Shown in pieces: positions 1 to 15,160 of a stretch of 64,000 nt of DNA. A program made the position numbers and the translations under genes. Origin of the DNA: the human T2T-CHM13v2.0 reference genome, Homo sapiens; the NCBI RefSeq assembly GCF_009914755.1, contig NC_060931.1; one strand, given 5' to 3'. The notes under the pieces were generated by a model that saw only the letters and a program-made list of their open reading frames with translations, was not told the DNA's origin and searched no databases. Within the stretch, counting starts at the first letter, position 1. Each line of letters begins with the position of its first letter.

Positions 1-214
1 AACAGTTAAAACACAATGTTAGGGAGTAGGAAGTTATTCCTTCTGGCTGCAAATATCCCCTATTCTGTAACATATATATATAAAAGTGTTATTTCAGCTG
101 AAATTAACAATATGAAAAACAGAATGCATTTCACATGCTTTTACAGGAGTAAATTGTGTGTTACGGCAATATCAATAAATAACAGACACATTGATGTTTT
201 CTCTCGTAAACTTT

Positions 215-300
215 AGAGCTGGACATCTCTGGGTTTAAGTCTCATATCTGACATTGACTGGATGTGTGAACTTGGGCAAGTTAATTTTGCTAAGCCTCAT
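215..300. mobile_element. MIR fragment
   Basis: MIR core-like 'tgtgtgaacttgggcaagttaatttt..ctaagcctc'. Confidence 0.55.
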
Positions 301-794
301 AAAATAAACTCTCACATAATTTTTGAGATGGCACATAGTCTTGGCGTTAAAAATATTAGCTGTTAATAGTGTACTGCTACTAAAGCTTTTGAGATTTCAC
401 AGTTACCCAGGAACTGAGGAACCATAACAGCCAGTTCTCATTCACTCAGCAAACTGAAAAAAAAAAAAAAAAAAAAGTTGTAGAAACCCTTACCTTAGCA
501 TATCTTCAGGAACAATCAGCAGTTAATTAAATTTGAAGCTGTTAGACTAAAGTGATAGAGAATACAAGTAAGAGCTAGTGAAAAAATCAGAAGACACAGC
601 AAAAATGGAGATTCACAAAACAGGCTGGGAAGAGATGAGAATTGAAAATATAATGATATTTACTAAGAGCATTTTTGATAGAACAATACTGCTGACTCCT
701 CTAAAACATACTCTAAATAATATTTTTACTTTAAAAATATATTACTTTATTGTTTATTCTTTTTTATTCCACTTTTAGTGTCATTGCTTTAGTA

Positions 795-912
795 TTTTTG
801 CAGCTTTGTTGAGATATAAGAAAAAGTTGCATATATTTAAGTGTACATGATGTTTTGATATATGCATATAGTGAAATAATTGCTGCAATCAAGCTAATCA
901 ATATATCCATTT
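795..912 (-). mobile_element. Old L1M 3' end fragment
   Basis: 'cagctttgttgagatataa...gtgaaataattgctgcaatcaagctaat' resembles an antisense L1MA/MB 3'UTR. Confidence 0.55.
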
Positions 913-951
913 TTTCATTTTTGTTTTTAACTCAATTGCTTTCTTCTGTAA

Positions 952-1546
<595 letters not shown>

Positions 1547-1961
1547 GAAATTTTGTTTTTCTAAAAAATCAAAAGTAAAATGTTTATACATAAAATAAGA
1601 GCTACCAAAATTTTAAAAGCTTAAAATTGGTCTCTTTTTAGAACCATAAAATGACTACAGTTTCTTAGTCCAGAAGAGTTAAAAGAATATTAAGTTAAGT
1701 AATAGATAGGACTACATACTCTTACAGAGTCTTAGCTACTTAAAAAGCAAATTTTTTTGTGTCTTACACAGAATCACATTATAAAAGTCCCACCTGTCAA
1801 TTTAGGCGTGATTTTGTAGAGTTTCATCCAAAACATTATTTAGTAATTCCAATCAGAACTAAAATACAGTTTCTATGGAACTTGACAAGCTAATTTGAAA
1901 ATGTGCAAGAAAAGAGCAATGGTCGAAAATGTACATCACAGGAGCATAATCATCTGAGACA

Positions 1962-2036
1962 GAAAAAGAAGAAAAAAGAAAGAAGAAAAGGAGGAGGAGG
2001 AAGAAGAAGAAGAAAAGGAGGAAGAAGAAGGGGGAG
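1962..2036. repeat. GA-rich (GAA/GGA) low-complexity tract
   Basis: Directly visible polypurine run. Confidence 0.9.
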
Positions 2037-2648
2037 GATGGGAATGGGTATGATTTGTTCTACTAAACAACAAGATTTATAATAAAGTTATAGTGACTTT
2101 AAAAGTGTTATAATAACATGGGGACTGATAGAAACCATGGAAACGAATGGATAGTCTAGACACGGACATATATAAAAACTTGATATCTGACAGAGGTGGC
2201 TTTATAGATTAGTAGCCAGTATTTGGTGCCAAGACATTTAGTTACCAAAATAGAAAAAAATAAAGTCAAATCCTTACTTCACAGCACACACAAAAGATGG
2301 ATTAAAGATCTAAAAAAAAAAAAAGAAAAAATATATGACATTTTAGAAAAAATATAGGAGAATACCCTTAAAAGCACAAGATAAAAAAGGTATAGGAAAC
2401 ACAAACTATCATAAAAAAATTGAGAAAGTTGACTACGTGAAAACTGAAACTTTTAACAAAAGATAACATAATTATGGTAAAAAGACAAGCCACAGACTAG
2501 AAGAAGCCATTTGCAACATGTACAAGTTTTGCAACATATATCCAAGATATATGAAGAACTTGTATAAATTTTAAAAAAGAGTATAAGACTTAATAGAAAA
2601 AGGGCAGAAAACACCATCATCAATTCACAGAAGAGCAATCAGAAGAGG

Positions 2649-2651
<3 letters not shown>

Positions 2652-2683
<32 letters not shown>
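2652..2683. repeat. (CA)n microsatellite
   Basis: About 16 AC units. Confidence 0.95.
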
Positions 2684-2686
<3 letters not shown>

Positions 2687-2974
2687 CTTACTAGTAGTCA
2701 TTTTAATGAAAATTAAAATATCTATCAGATTGACAAAATTTTAAAAGTATAAAGGATGATGTGAAGCAAGTGTAATTTTATACACTCCTTGTGAGAGTAT
2801 ACAAATCAATTCAACCACTGTAGAAAGCAATTTGGTAATAGATGGTGAACTGATAATGCCTATTATCCATAAAAGCCTGAAAATCTCCTCGCATGTACAA
2901 AACTTAAAGAAAAGCTCACTCATAAACTCAAAGATACATGAACAAAAATCTTCAGGGTCGTATTGGTCATAGTA

Positions 2975-3054
2975 TTAGGTTGGTGCAAAAGTAACTGCGG
3001 CTTTTGCCATTGAAAGTAATGGTAAAAGCCGGAATTACTTTTGTACCAACCTAA
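2975..3054. mobile_element. MADE1 (Hsmar1 mariner MITE)
   Basis: 80-bp near-palindrome 'ttaggttggtgcaaaagtaa...ttacttttgtaccaacctaa'; TA on the left, CA (mutated TA) on the right. Confidence 0.92.
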
Positions 3055-3140
3055 CAGGAAAAAAAGGAGACAAACTGTAAGTCCATCAATGAACCAGAAC
3101 TATGTATATTAACATAATGTTGCACAAAAAACACATTACA

Positions 3141-3473
<333 letters not shown>

Positions 3474-5751
3474 TTATGAAAAAATATATTGTTTAGGGTT
3501 CTATGCAGATGTAGGAAAAGTATAAAGAAATGCACAGGAATGAGAAGCATCTAATTTGGGATGATCGCTGCCTGCTCAGGAAGGAAAAAGGGGAATGTGA
3601 CAAGCTTAAGCTATCATAATATTTTAGTTCTTAAACTGAATGGTGGCCATCTAGGTGTTCATGATTATAAATCTTTATATCTTTTTATGTGTCTTAAATA
3701 TTTGATAATAAATTTGTTTTAAAAAAGAAGCAACAATAGGGTAGGGTATATTTTTACCAAAGGCCGAAGTAAAAACTCTTGAGTTGGAATTTATACTTAG
3801 AAAAGGGGCTTCCATTTTTCTTAGTCACACTAGAGTGATTGGGGTGGGGAAAACACAGATTTTTTCTCAATCTTGTTTTCTCCCCAACTACTATTATAAT
3901 ATATTATATTACATAGTCTTTGAAAAGGGTAAAATGAATCAGAAACCTATAATATAGATAGTAAATGTGTCCCATAATCCAGTTCCTTCAGAATTTTGCA
4001 GACTTTGCTCAACTGTCTTTTTGTTTTGATTTTTTTTTTTTTTTTTTGCTTGTTAAGGGACCTAAGGCCATTCTGATTTCTGATCCTTTGTGAATATGAG
4101 GATGTTGATGATGTTTAAAAGCAACTGATGCAGATTCTGAAGGTGTTTTATAAATAAGAGTTTCAAGTGTATATTGAATAATGATATTGTTTAGTGTATT
4201 TCAAAGTGACTCCTTTGAAAGATGCTACACTCATTGGATGGAGCAACCATGATACCTCCTGGGCTTGCAATGCCCTTAGGCCTATTGATGATTTTCTGGA
4301 TTGCAGTTACAGGACAATGCAGAGAGGGAGGTTTGGAACCACACTCTGACATTCATCACAAGCTGGAAAAGAAGTGAATTAATGAAATAAGACTTACAAG
4401 TATAACTTTGATTTTTACAAATGTGTGTTTTTTTTAGAGTCTTTTGTCTATATCCTTATATCTTTCAAGCCTAGGTCAAATGCCTCCTCTTTCTTTATTC
4501 TTCAGGAAACACAAAGTACCAGAGCACGTTCCTGGTGCAGAAGATGCAACAGAAAGTGGGATGTAAGTGATCTCTATCCTCACAGAGCTTATTATCCTTT
4601 ATACGTATTGCTCTAATGATACTCACTACATTTTTGTCATTTGTGAACATTTCATTCTACTAGACAGTGAGTTTGATGCCAGCCTTGTTTTCCAATCATC
4701 AGTGTTTCCCTATGGAATTTAACACAGCGCTTTACAGCTACAGACAGTGAATCAATGTGTGTCACATCAGTAAATGAATGACTTTTCCCATCATGCTTTG
4801 CTGGAGTAATACAACATAGCTTCTCTCCTACTAAATTGGTAGAAACTAACTTAATTATGATATTATGTCTTGGAGTCATATTAAGAAGTTTGCATCAAAG
4901 AAACTATTCAAATGAAATGATGGTACAAAAATCAGCCTTAATATTTTTTCCTTCGAATTACAGAATACAATTTATAGCATAATATTAGTGAATCATGTTT
5001 GTGTAAAATGGTTATAAATGTAGAATAATATGCTTATTCAATAGGCTTAATATCTATTTAGAAGGGACTATTATTATTTACTAGGAAAGAATATTATTTT
5101 ATAATATTGCTGAGGAAAAAGTTTTTAAAATTCTCTAAATATATCTTTATGATAGGTAATGCCTAAATGAGAAGAAGTTTTGAAATAATCTCTTACTTTG
5201 ATTTGGTTTTAAAAATATTTTTCTTTGTGCAAAGACAAATTCCAAGGGTAAATATTTTGAAGAATTAAAAGCTGTAACCTCAAATTTAAAGCACTAAGAA
5301 AAAGTATAGAAAATTTGTTAAAATTTTCTTCTACCCGGGTATACTCTTTTGTGATAACTCATCATTTCAGAGGGTTTCACTGCTCTCTCTTTAGCTTTAA
5401 TTTTTTTCCTTTATATCTTACTCCAATACCTGTATTTTCGTCTTCTCTTTTATCCCAAACTATATTATTTTGGTGTAAATTAATCTGGGTAATGTATAAT
5501 GAGTGAGGTCTCAAAAATAAATTTTAAATCACTCAACAGGCCCATTTAAATGATTTTCTAGAGGGAGTATTTCATTGAACTCTTAATTTTGCCAAATGTT
5601 ACTCAGTTTCTAGGAGCTGGGTCAGAAGAAGAGGTATTACTACAATTTTATGATTTTCAAGAATTTAAGGACAGTATTAGTTCGTTACCTATAACACAAA
5701 CCTCCTCACATACTCATGAACCTCACTCTTTATTTCTGGAATTGGAGTGTT

Positions 5752-6041
<290 letters not shown>

Positions 6042-6196
6042 TGGAATTGGAGTGTTTATTTAAGAACCAGACAATTGTTGGGTCATAGACACCATGTAGC
6101 TATCAATTTTCCAGATTGCTGTCTGAGGGGAAAGCTGACAGCAATGGATCTGCACTAGGATTTACCGTGAATTCAGTAACTTTAAAATGATTTTCC

Positions 6197-6574
<378 letters not shown>

Positions 6575-6863
6575 CTATATTCCCTAGAACTCATTTATGA
6601 CTTTGCCCACTAATTAATGAATGGCTTCTGCAAACTCTCAGAAAAGCTGAAGCCAGGCCATTAATAAACCATAGCTCTCGTTTCCTGAGAGCTCTTATCT
6701 AATAGTCAATAGCTCCCTTTCCTTTCCCAGCTGGATTTGAACTTGCTACTGAGTTTTGTAAACTAAAACAACCCAAAAGCTACTCTGTAATTCCTGCTTC
6801 TAAACTCAGCACTGGCCACTTTTGGCTTTCAGGGGAAGATCAGAACAGAAGAAATGAATTCCC

Positions 6864-7329
6864 TGTCAAGAACTGTGAAGGCTCTGAGATTCCACTCTAC
6901 TTGCAGGCTAATAAGTCAGCCATATACAATTTTATGTATGCTGACAGAACACATGAGACTCCTGGGTCAGAGACTGAGGAGATACATCTTCAGAGATAGT
7001 TTATTACTCAAATCATAGCAGTAAACAGAGTATCAGCATTATTTGTGCTGGTTTCCAAGATCCAATTTCCGCAAAGTGATGCAAAGAGGACCAGATGACA
7101 TCTGCACATGTTGTGTTGCAGGAGAGAAACCTTGAGGTAGGGAACCCAAATCTTTAATAATGTGCAGTAAGTATGCCTGCCCTTTGCTCCAGAGGAAAAC
7201 ACTATCTCTATATTCCAAGACTGTTTGCTATAGAAACATCCTTAAATAGTCTGGAACAAAGAATAGTAAGTACCTTGCTGGCAATATGTGCATAAATGTG
7301 AGCAGCTCATGGTGAACTGTCTTTCAACA
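6864..7329 (-). mobile_element. Solo LTR, LTR40-like (ERVL class)
   Basis: TG...CA termini; perfect 5-bp TSD TTCCC (6859-6863, 7330-7334); resembles antisense LTR40 as I recall it. Confidence 0.8.
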
Positions 7330-7487
7330 TTCCCTCAGCTGATTCAGGCTGGACTGATAGTTCCATTAAAAAAAATGAAATAAAACCTTTTCAAATATTT
7401 CAAAATCTTGTCCTATCCATTTGAATATAAGAGGTTCCATGTCCCTGACTAGTTTTTGTTTCCTCCACATTGGTTTATTTTAATGTT

Positions 7488-7757
7488 ATTATTATGATTT
7501 AGAGACAGGGTCTCACTCTGTCACCAAGGCTAGAGTGCAGTGGCATGATCATAGCTCACTGTAACCTTAAACTCCTGGGCTCAAAGGATCCTCCTGCCTC
7601 AGCCTTCTGAGTAGCTAAGACTGCAGATGCATGTCACTGTTCCTGGCTAATTTTTAACTTTTTGTAGAGATGGGGTCTCACTATGTTTCCTAGGGTTTCC
7701 TCAAATTACTGGCCTCAAGCAACCTCCCGTCTTGGCCTCCCAAAGTGCTGGAATTAT
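7488..7757 (-). mobile_element. AluJ-like
   Basis: 'gagacagggtctcactctgtc...gatcatagctcactgtaacctt...tcctgggctcaa' AluJ diagnostics. Confidence 0.9.
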
Positions 7758-8741
7758 GTTTATTATTATGTGTTATTTGTGGTCTCTATCTTCTGTGTTG
7801 GGAATTTTCTTTAGATGCTTTATAATTTTAGCTGTTTGCTCATTACTAAGAACAGGAGACTAAATAGCTTATTGGTAGCTCTGAATGCATAGGTAGGGCT
7901 CTGTTGACTGTGGTCTTACCTATTGGGTGATTTCATTGAGCCATCTGGAAAGAACAGTTGATGTCAATATGTTTATGTCTTTACTCTCAGCTAATCAGTT
8001 TCCCTACATAAATGTCATCCAATCTTCTGCATGGGTGCTAGGGAACTGGCTTCCAGGGTTCTGAGAACCCAGTGGTGAAAACATCACACATACATTTATG
8101 CACACATTAACAAAGTCTTTTTGTTTAAATAAAGTACTCTTAATCACACTTCTCTAATTACAAATAAGGTTAGGAATATTTTCCTGCATTTACTGTCAGT
8201 GTGTTTTCTCTTCTGTGAACTGACCATGTCATGTTCATGTTTATACTGAGTTGTGTTTTTCTAGGAATTATTTGTGTACTCCTGTTCTGAACCCTGTGTT
8301 AATTATCTGTGTGGTATCTTCCTCCAGATTTTAGATTTTCCTTTCCTGCTATCTGCCGCTGCTGAGCATTTTCCTCAATATAGCCTTTCTTCATTCCTAG
8401 ACTTTTGTGATGTGGCTTTTGGTCCAACACTTCACCAATGTACCAATGTGGGCTCAAGGTCTAGTCCCTAACACCACCCCTATCCCCATGCTCCTCATAG
8501 GCCCTGTGCTGTTAGAGGTCAGGTGATGTATGATGCTTTAAGAGCTCATTGCCCTTCCTGCATGGTTCCTACTTTCAGGGGATCTGTTTTTACTGTCTCC
8601 CAACTCCTACATTGACTTAAAAGAATATTTTATCCATTTACCCGTTATTTTTCTTGCATTTTTGGGTGTTTTATAGCCAGAGTGCATAGAGATCTCTAGT
8701 ACATTTTGTTGCTAGAAACAGAAGTCTATAATTTATTTTTC

Positions 8742-8807
8742 TTCTTTCTAAACGCTGTACCCATTCTTTCTAAACACTGTACCCATTCTTTCTAAACACT
8801 GTATCCA
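8742..8807. repeat. 22-bp minisatellite, 3 copies
   Basis: 'ttctttctaaac(g/a)ctgta(c/t)cca' repeated three times. Confidence 0.95.
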
Positions 8808-10819
8808 ATCTGGCTGGAATTTTATAGGAGCATATATTTTCTGGCTAGGAGTTTGAAATGTAAAATTGAGTTTATGCACTAGGTTTTAAAGTTTTTGTTT
8901 TTGTTTTTTTCATTTGTAGAAAGGAATGCCTTAGTTATGTTCCTAATTTTAAGGGAATCTATGCCTCATTTTAGTATTGTTGTGTTAGCTAGAGATAGAT
9001 CTCCAATGTCTTAGTTATAGGTAATCTTGATAAAGTTAGTGGGTAAATTTAATTTTAAGTAAACACATTTTTTACAATAATGTCTTAACCAATGTTTCTT
9101 ATGATAAGTGTTCTTAGTCTCAAGGTTGTAAGCTGATAATCTTTGGAAATACTAAAACAAAACTTTCAATATTGCAGATATGCACTTTGGCTTTCTGAGC
9201 AGTCTAAGACAGAAACTTGAAATTTACTTAATGTTTATGGCAATTGGTATGTACGTATTTCTAACCTTCTCCTTATCTTACAAGACACAATAACTGCCTG
9301 ATGCTTCTTCTAAAAGCCCCATGTTTCAAGTTTCTCATTCTTTCAAAAGTATCTTCATTAAAGTTCCTTGTACAGTAGTTATATTTTCTAGCAAAGGCTG
9401 AGTTAAATAATATTAGGCTTATAGTTATCTGTTCCCATAGGATAAATAGATATACCAAAAGTTGTTTAATGAAACTCCTTCCTGGAGAAAAAAAAGTAAT
9501 CCAATAGGTTAAGGCAGCTACAAGTCAAAACTCTAAAGTAGCAATAGGCCTAAATGGCACAAGCTCTGAGAAATTACAAGACCAAGATACTCGTTTAAAC
9601 AAATCTTACATCCATTTCATTCATAAATTTATCTCAGTGAATTATTACAAGCAAAGGAGAATGTCAAAATTTTAAAATGTTACTTATTTTAATTACATTT
9701 GGTTGACATTTTTATCCCGTAAATCATTTCTAACACTGCAGAAATTTTGCCCTCACATTGGTCCCCAAGTAAGGTCCCAGAGGTTCCTTCAATTGCTTAT
9801 GGGCAACCTAATGCATAAGACTGCACATAAAAGGTCCCTCTATTACTATACAATTAGCACAGTGATAGGTGCTGGTGCTGATGGTGGTGGAGATAGACTG
9901 TTGTTACAAAAGACCACCTCTTTTTATGATGTGAAAATGTGCATTCTTGTATGTTGCAGCAACATACAAATGAAGCAAAATAGACTGGTGGATAGTTCTT
10001 AAACATTAATGTGCATATAACATATAAATTATCTAACCTCTATATACAATGCAGATTCCTAGCTCTCTATCACCAGAGATTCAGAATCAGTAGATCTGAT
10101 TTTTGAAAATTTTGAGAAACACTATAATTGGAGCTTACAGTCATGTGCAAAATAATGGCTATTTTAGGCCAAAGATCTGTCAGGGAAAACTTCAAGGAAG
10201 TGATGAATAGGATAGGATTGTAAAGCATGACTTGCGTTTTTATGTCTGGAAAGGGGAGAGAGAGAGAGTCTTTGACATAAAAAATAATACCATGAGCTAG
10301 ATACTAGATTTGGAAATGAGTCCTATGAAAAGAAGCAATGAGTATATTCTCCTGACTAAAGCATAGAGGTTATAGTAGCCTGCCGTGAGAAGATCGAAAA
10401 GACCAATGGCCAATAAATACTTGTTGGACAGAACTGCTGGCTTCTGGGAAAAGTTTCCAGCCAGTGCAGAGAGAGATTTAAGTGGGAAGGAAATTTTTCC
10501 TGAATAACCTTAGCCCTGGGAGCTCATCATCAGCAGACCTGGAGGATTAAGTAAAACATTTTTTTTTCTTTTTCATCCCATTCTCTATTAAAAGCCCTAA
10601 TCTGTCTCCCTGTCTCTCTTTTATGGATGTCATAAAAGAGATGCACTTCCTATCTTATAGTAATTCAAAGATTCATATTGTCTTCCTTATTAGACTCTAG
10701 ATTTTATGAGTGCAGGTTCTTAACTTATTCATCATTTTGTTTCTTCACAGTCCATCGTACAATGCTATGCAAAAGGGCAGTATTCATAATATCTGTTTAA
10801 ACAATCAATTGATAACATA

Positions 10820-11040
10820 ATCACTTCACTATGCTAGGTACTTTGTACATAATATCATATTTAGATTTTTGAAATCTACTACAGGTTAGGTATTGCTATC
10901 CACATACTGCAAGGAAGGAAACTGAGGCTTGGAAATGTCAAGCACTTGTCTATTGTCACACACTATTAAAGGGCACAGTCAGAAATGAATGCAGGACTGG
11001 AAACTCTAACTGACTTAAAAGATGTACTCTTTCCACTAAT
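10820..11040. mobile_element. MIR fragment
   Basis: 'aggaaactgaggcttggaaatgtcaagcacttgtc..gtcacac' MIR core. Confidence 0.7.
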
Positions 11041-11989
11041 GGATGGAACAAAGAAATGAATGAAAGAGGGAATGAGGAGTATAAAGCTAAGCAATTCATC
11101 TGAAGGAAATGATACTGAGATTTTAATCAGAATTTCAATCTGCTTATTCTAGAGGTGGAAGGAAGGTAAGCTGGGGATTCTTCAGTTCTGAGCTCTTTGG
11201 AAAAAGGTGTGGTCTGCTGGAAGGGAGTGCTAGAGCACAGAATGTATAGTTAGAAGGTGCCTAGAATGTAGGACAGAGCCTACTGGATATTCCATACCTA
11301 AGTTGATGGGGAGAGAGACTCAGCTGTTTACAAATGGCATTATGACAATGTGGAAGAGGAAGAAAGCAAGACCTATGATGAGAGTTAGTCTTGAGTGAAC
11401 GATCACCCAAGTGATTGGTAAAATATACAAATTATCAGGTTCCATAGCCAGAGATTCTGATTAAATGGTCCTGGGGTATTGTGCAGGACCATATAATGTG
11501 CAGTCCAGGTTGAGAACTCACTGTCCTAGGATTTAACTTCCTTTCTTGAACATCGGGATTTGGCCTCATTGTTACTACAGCGCTGACCGCCACAGGTGTT
11601 CTCCATGGAAATAGGTTACCACTTCAAGGTTACTGGTCTCTGGATGTTGAATAAAACAGTGTGATTATTACTACGAGACTGTTTTGTTCTCATGTGATAG
11701 TAGCCATCTTTTTCTGAGCATGTCCTGCATTCCAAGTGATTTTGCTTCTGGGATCAAATTACACAGCCATTGGCATGAGATTGGCTTAGCAAAATTAATG
11801 AAAACATAATTAAGCAAGTTTTCCTCAGCTGTGCCATTTGAAGGGTCCTTATAAATTTTTAAATATTAAAGTAGTAACGTAAATTAAGAAAATGATTGTT
11901 CGAATTGCAAGTTAGACTTTTCAATTAAACTCAAATTACACCTCTAATGAAGTAGATTGTTAGTGATGATTTCAAATTATGAAGCAATA

Positions 11990-12165
11990 CTTAAAGAATA
12001 CAGCATGGGGTTTGAAGTGGAAGGCCTAGCTCCAAAACCTGACTTTGTAGTAGTAAATGGATAACTTTGGAGAGGACAGTAACTTGTCTGCGTCTGAGTT
12101 TCCTCATTTATAAGATGAGGATAATAATACTTCCTTGCAATAGTGTGATGGTAAATGCATAACAA
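11990..12165. mobile_element. MIR fragment
   Basis: 'gtttcctcatttataagatgaggataataatac'. Confidence 0.7.
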
Positions 12166-12321
12166 CTGGCTCTCAGGACAGAGTGCTGCTGGTTTGTGGC
12201 ATTTGCCAGTTTTTGAGGTGCAAATATTCCACCATGGCTGATGTAAAGTTAGTAAGAGAACTGGCTCAAAAAATTCCTAAAAATTTAACACTGGGTTTGT
12301 TTGAGTACCTCTGCTTACTGA

Positions 12322-12365
12322 GATATTATAATGATAAAATAATGCGATATTATAATGATAAAATA
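12322..12365. repeat. 24-bp tandem duplication
   Basis: 'gatattataatgataaaata' at 12322 and 12346. Confidence 0.9.
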
Positions 12366-13294
12366 TGTAAATTAGTGTTTGACCCAAATGTACTCAATAT
12401 GTACAGTGTTTCCTAATTCTATAGTTTTCAAAAATTTCAAATATTACTATATTGAAAATAAAATTGTTACCATTTGAAAAATAAGATGTTTTACCTGGCA
12501 AAAAAGAACAATACTGTTCTGTTAATCTTGAAACTTGAAATGGATTTATGCTCTTCAAAGCTGGGTTAGTCCTAAATTCACCATGTCTCCCATCATGAGT
12601 CCTTGAAAATCTATATTTACATATTTGAAAATTATGAGCTCTGTGTGAAGATTTGATTAGCAAATATTTATTAAGCATATTTTGAGTTCCGAGCACTATG
12701 CTATACACTGTGTACTATGTTAATAACTTCTTTGAAAGGCAAGATTTTCATGTGTGGAAGTCTTAGATCGTCTTTAACGCTTTCTACTTTCTTCCCAATG
12801 ACCTTGTCTCCACTCTTGGCATCCAGTGCTTCTCCTTGCCTTTTCTCCTTTCTCCATACATCACCTCTTCTAGGGGCATTTTTTTTCTGCTAAGGGACAT
12901 CACTAGAAAGGTAATGGTCAAATCTGACAAAAGAGGATGAGAATGAAGGAGCTTACTGAGAAGCCAGATATTTAGTTGGCAGCATCCCAGGTAGGACCCA
13001 AACTATATTTCCTGACTTTAGCAAGGAGTTTGGTGGGAATAGACTGCATCAGTGAAAGCCATTCAAAACCCTTACCTATCAAAGCATCCAAGTTACTCCC
13101 TATTTCCTGAGTCCTAAATTCAAGGCGAGAATGAGTTAACAGTCTTCACATTTGCTTTCTTTCTCATGTGGGCCTTTCGCCCTGGGCTTAGTCCCACAGT
13201 TCTTGCCATATATGTGAAATAAAATCCAGATTCTTACCCAGGCACAGCCCTGCATAATTTAGCCTCTGACCACTGTGCCACTTTTAACATCAAC

Positions 13295-13485
13295 TTGCAT
13301 TTATTGAGTGCTCACTATGAGCCAGAGGTTGCCCTGTTCTGACCTGAATTAAGTCATATTATTCTCATAACAAAGCTTTGCAGTTTTAATCTTGCTTTAT
13401 AGATGAGGAAACTGAGGCCTTAGTTTAAATTTCTTGTCTGAGATCATACCAGTCGAAAGTGGCAGGGCTGGGATTGAAGGTCTAG
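13295..13485. mobile_element. MIR fragment
   Basis: 'atttattgagtgctcactatgagccag...ttatagatgaggaaactgaggc'. Confidence 0.75.
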
Positions 13486-13820
13486 TGAGGATTTCTTTCC
13501 TAAAGGACATGTGGTAAGGATGATACGAGTTCTGAGGATGGCCAAACCTGCTGTCAACGGGGCACGGAGTGTAGCCTTCCATGGGGAGGGGTGCCATGGA
13601 AGAGCCAGGAGAGGAGGGCACAGAACATTGCCAACAACTGGTCCAGGAAATGGCGAAATAAAATAAAATCTTTGAAAAAGAGAAGGAAGGATGACGGTGG
13701 ACTTTGTCTAACATCACGGTTATGGAAGGTATGTACCAAGTGTGAACCAAAATGCAGTTTGACAGACACATGCAGTTAGTTGTCTGTCTCACCATTACTA
13801 TCCATTTTTAAATTAACATT

Positions 13821-14328
13821 TATGGGAGACCAGAATATTCCACCCAAAAATATGAAGAATTATTGAGCTGAAGGCAATTAAGAGGAAACAGATTCAGGAA
13901 AGCTTTCTGACCTTCAATTGCTGAAAAGCAGGCCATAGGTTGGCCTCTTTTCCTAGGGAGAACAGAGGTTAACACTGAACACAACTTTGCGCTCTTATTG
14001 GCCTGGAGAAGGCACAAGAGGAATCTACGTTAACAAGGTTTACTAACCATCCTTTATCGGCCAACTCCTTCCTCAGAGTTGTCACACCTAGAGACTCAAA
14101 GTCATTTTTGTCTTGTCACTTCTCTAAATATTCACTATTCTTTGTTGAGGATGTTATATAAGCTAGAATTCAAAGCCATCACTTCGATAAGTCATTCCCT
14201 GGGTGTCTCCCATATATGTATATGTTAATCAACTTCTGTTTTTCTCTTGTTAATTTGTCTATTATAGAATTCTGTTTCAACTAAGACTCTATGAGGGTTG
14301 AAGAAGCCATTTCTTTTCTTCCCCTACA
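13821..14328 (+). mobile_element. Solo LTR, MER34-like (ERV1)
   Basis: Starts 't(a)tgggagaccagaatattccacccaaaaatatg', ends 'ttcttcccctaca'; flanks catt/cttt; inserted in an L1M. Confidence 0.7.
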
Positions 14329-15160
14329 CTTTCTATTGAAATATACACATGGAAAACTGCTCAAGATATAATTTCACACTTGATGAATTTTCATGATGGG
14401 AATAGACCCATGTAACCAGCATCCAGATAATAAAATGGGTAATTACCAGCATCTGAAAGCCTCCTTATACCCTTCTCATTTATTTACACCGTCATTCCTC
14501 AAAGGTAACCAGCACACCCTACCTCTCTCACTATAAATTAGTTTTTCTTGTTTTTGAACTTTATGTAAATAGAATCATACATATTTAATATTTTTTTGTT
14601 TGGCTTCTTTTGCTTTGGCATTTGTTTCTTCAATTCATCCATATTATTGCATGTATCAATGATTTATTTGTTCCTGTTGCTTAAATATACCATGGTTTAT
14701 TTGTTCTGCTTCTGAGGGACATTTGAGTTGTTTCTAGTGTTTGACTACTATGTATTGTGAGCCTTCCTGTACATGTCTTTTGGTGCCTATAAATATGCAT
14801 TTTGTTGGGTATATACAGAGGAGAATTGCTGGGCCATAGGATATGCATATGTTCAGCTTCAGTAGATAATGCCAAACTTTCTTCAGAAGTGGTTGTACTA
14901 AGTTACACTCGTACCAGCAGTGTATGAGGATTCCAGGTGGTACACAGTGATGGTCTCATTCTTTTTCATTCTGGTGGGTGTGCTTGATACTTTATGGTGG
15001 TTTTAATTTACAGTTTCCTCATAGGAATGTTGGGTACCACTGTTTATTGGCTATTTGGATATCCATTTTTGTGAAGTGGCCGTTTAAGCCTTTTGCCCAT
15101 TTTTAAAATTGGGCTGTATGTTTTCTTTCTATTGATTTGTAGAAGTTTTGAAAATGAATC
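14329..15160 (-). mobile_element. L1ME/L1M fragment
   Basis: 'ggagaattgctgggccataggatatgcatatgttcagc...ggttgtactaagttacactcgtaccagcagtgtatgag'. Confidence 0.8.

Noticed and set aside
8742-8807. Short repeats as a CRISPR-like array
   Set aside because: There are no spacers, the context is eukaryotic and there are no cas genes; this is a plain tandem repeat.
13576-13602. 9-bp stem cttccatgg/ccatggaag within overlapping short ORFs
   Set aside because: It is short enough to arise by chance, and the ORFs show no recognisable protein similarity.
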